From the NCBI GenBank assembly GCA_907165135.1, contig OU015569.1, positions 6,572,001 through 6,636,000 on the forward strand: 64,000 nucleotides of DNA, read 5' to 3'. The DNA is from Oikopleura dioica (Eukaryota > Animalia > Chordata). The position numbers and the translations under genes were made by a program. The notes beneath the pieces are model-generated. The model searched no databases, had not been told where the DNA came from, and was given only the letters and a program-made list of their open reading frames with translations. Of the stretch, positions 63,060 to 64,000 are shown in pieces; position 1 is the stretch's first letter; every line of letters begins with the position of its first letter.

Positions 63060-64000
63060 ATAAGTTCCTGAATCGGCGACGATTGCGATCTATTCAGGCG
63101 TTGAAAGCTCCGACTTCTCAATCGGAAACGTCGTTCGTGACCAGAAACTCATTTGGAATCGCTGCAGACATTTATCCTTTGTCTCCATATTATGTGGACC
63201 ATATATGGAATTTGTGAAATTTCAAGTCAATTGAAATCTGCCTCCTTGATTGAAAGGCAACCCGACGGAAAACGCGGCCCTTCTAGGATAAAATTACTTA
63301 AACGGAAAGCATAGAACCCAGTGCTCCAAGATAAATCTCATTTTAAAAACGTAAAGAATAAATTATAACAATCTTCCTAATCGGACTTTTGGAAACGATT
63401 TCCAGCAACTATTGGTTCCGTTCAAAAACCCATGCTTACTGGATTGAAGCCTATTTTTCAAAAATTTGGGCCCGTAAAAAATATAGCTTTTAGATAGTCT
63501 GAGTCAATAATGAAATGGTTTTGCAAATTTCATCACTACCGATAGACATGCGAGCTGCTCGATTTATAGATCCTCAGAGCAATTCTCACGGCTACTCGCA
63601 AAAGAGACGCTAAAGAATCCAGTCGAGAGTTCGGGAAAATGGAGAGACCACAGAATCGACAAAGCGAAAGTTCAAATGAAGCTGCAAACTCACCATCGAA
63701 TCGGTTAGAATTATGTGTAATCGCTAATAAGTAGTCAAATTGATGCACTAAAATTACCAATAAAAAGAATGATCGTCTGATAATCAGACTCTGATTACTC
63801 TTCAATCGACGGCCTTTCCGAAATTTATCTATCATAAGCGTAAACTTGTTTTCATGGCGAGTTAAAATATATAGAAACATTATTTTAATTCCAACAGACT
63901 GTATTTTAGACCAGACAACGATCAGCTTTACTGGGCGAAGATTTTCGGCGGAGCTGCGCCTAGGCAAAGTTCAAACATTCTCGTTCATATTCTCAGCTAT
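63060..64000 (+). CDS. Probable spliced gene, unidentified, 3' partial
   Basis: Open segments bounded by intron-like AT-rich gaps (VPESATIAIYSG.., SDFWKRFPAT.., ANFITTDRHAS.., PDNDQLYWAKIF..); no family recognised. Confidence 0.3.

Noticed and set aside
1-64000. CRISPR arrays, rRNA, prokaryotic operons, LTR/LINE coding regions
   Set aside because: None seen; the sequence is spliced eukaryotic DNA.

Overview
This is gene-dense, AT-rich animal genomic DNA with tiny introns (mostly 35-90 nt), frequent non-canonical GA-AG/GC-AG donors, intergenic gaps as short as about 35 nt, and an unpaired AG acceptor just upstream of most start codons. These features fit an appendicularian tunicate, most likely the Oikopleura dioica complex; this is inferred from sequence features, not from a database match. 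About 33 protein-coding genes and one tRNA-Arg(TCG) can be reconstructed by hand. Recognisable genes are a CUB-domain membrane protein, SET-like, DNALI1, GTPBP2, NOP14, sphingomyelin synthase, DCXR, PGAM, MRPL12, vigilin, MED29 (with a zinc-finger gene nested antisense in an intron), GMAP-210/TRIP11, AVEN, an NHL+RGG protein, SAMTOR, POP4, ACTMAP, FSAF1, SDHAF1, LPCAT, an F-box/WD40 protein, an MPPE1/Cdc1-like phosphoesterase and choline kinase, plus several orphans. The most striking signal is transposon-to-intron conversion. (i) A MITE family with 13-bp TIRs and perfect 8-bp TSDs has one copy inside a coding exon, where canonical splice sites would restore the frame. (ii) In a tandem orphan gene pair, one copy is intronless while the other carries three insertions with direct-repeat flanks, two with TIRs; all three appear to be removed as GC-AG or GG-AG introns. 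Exon boundaries are manual predictions and no searches were run.
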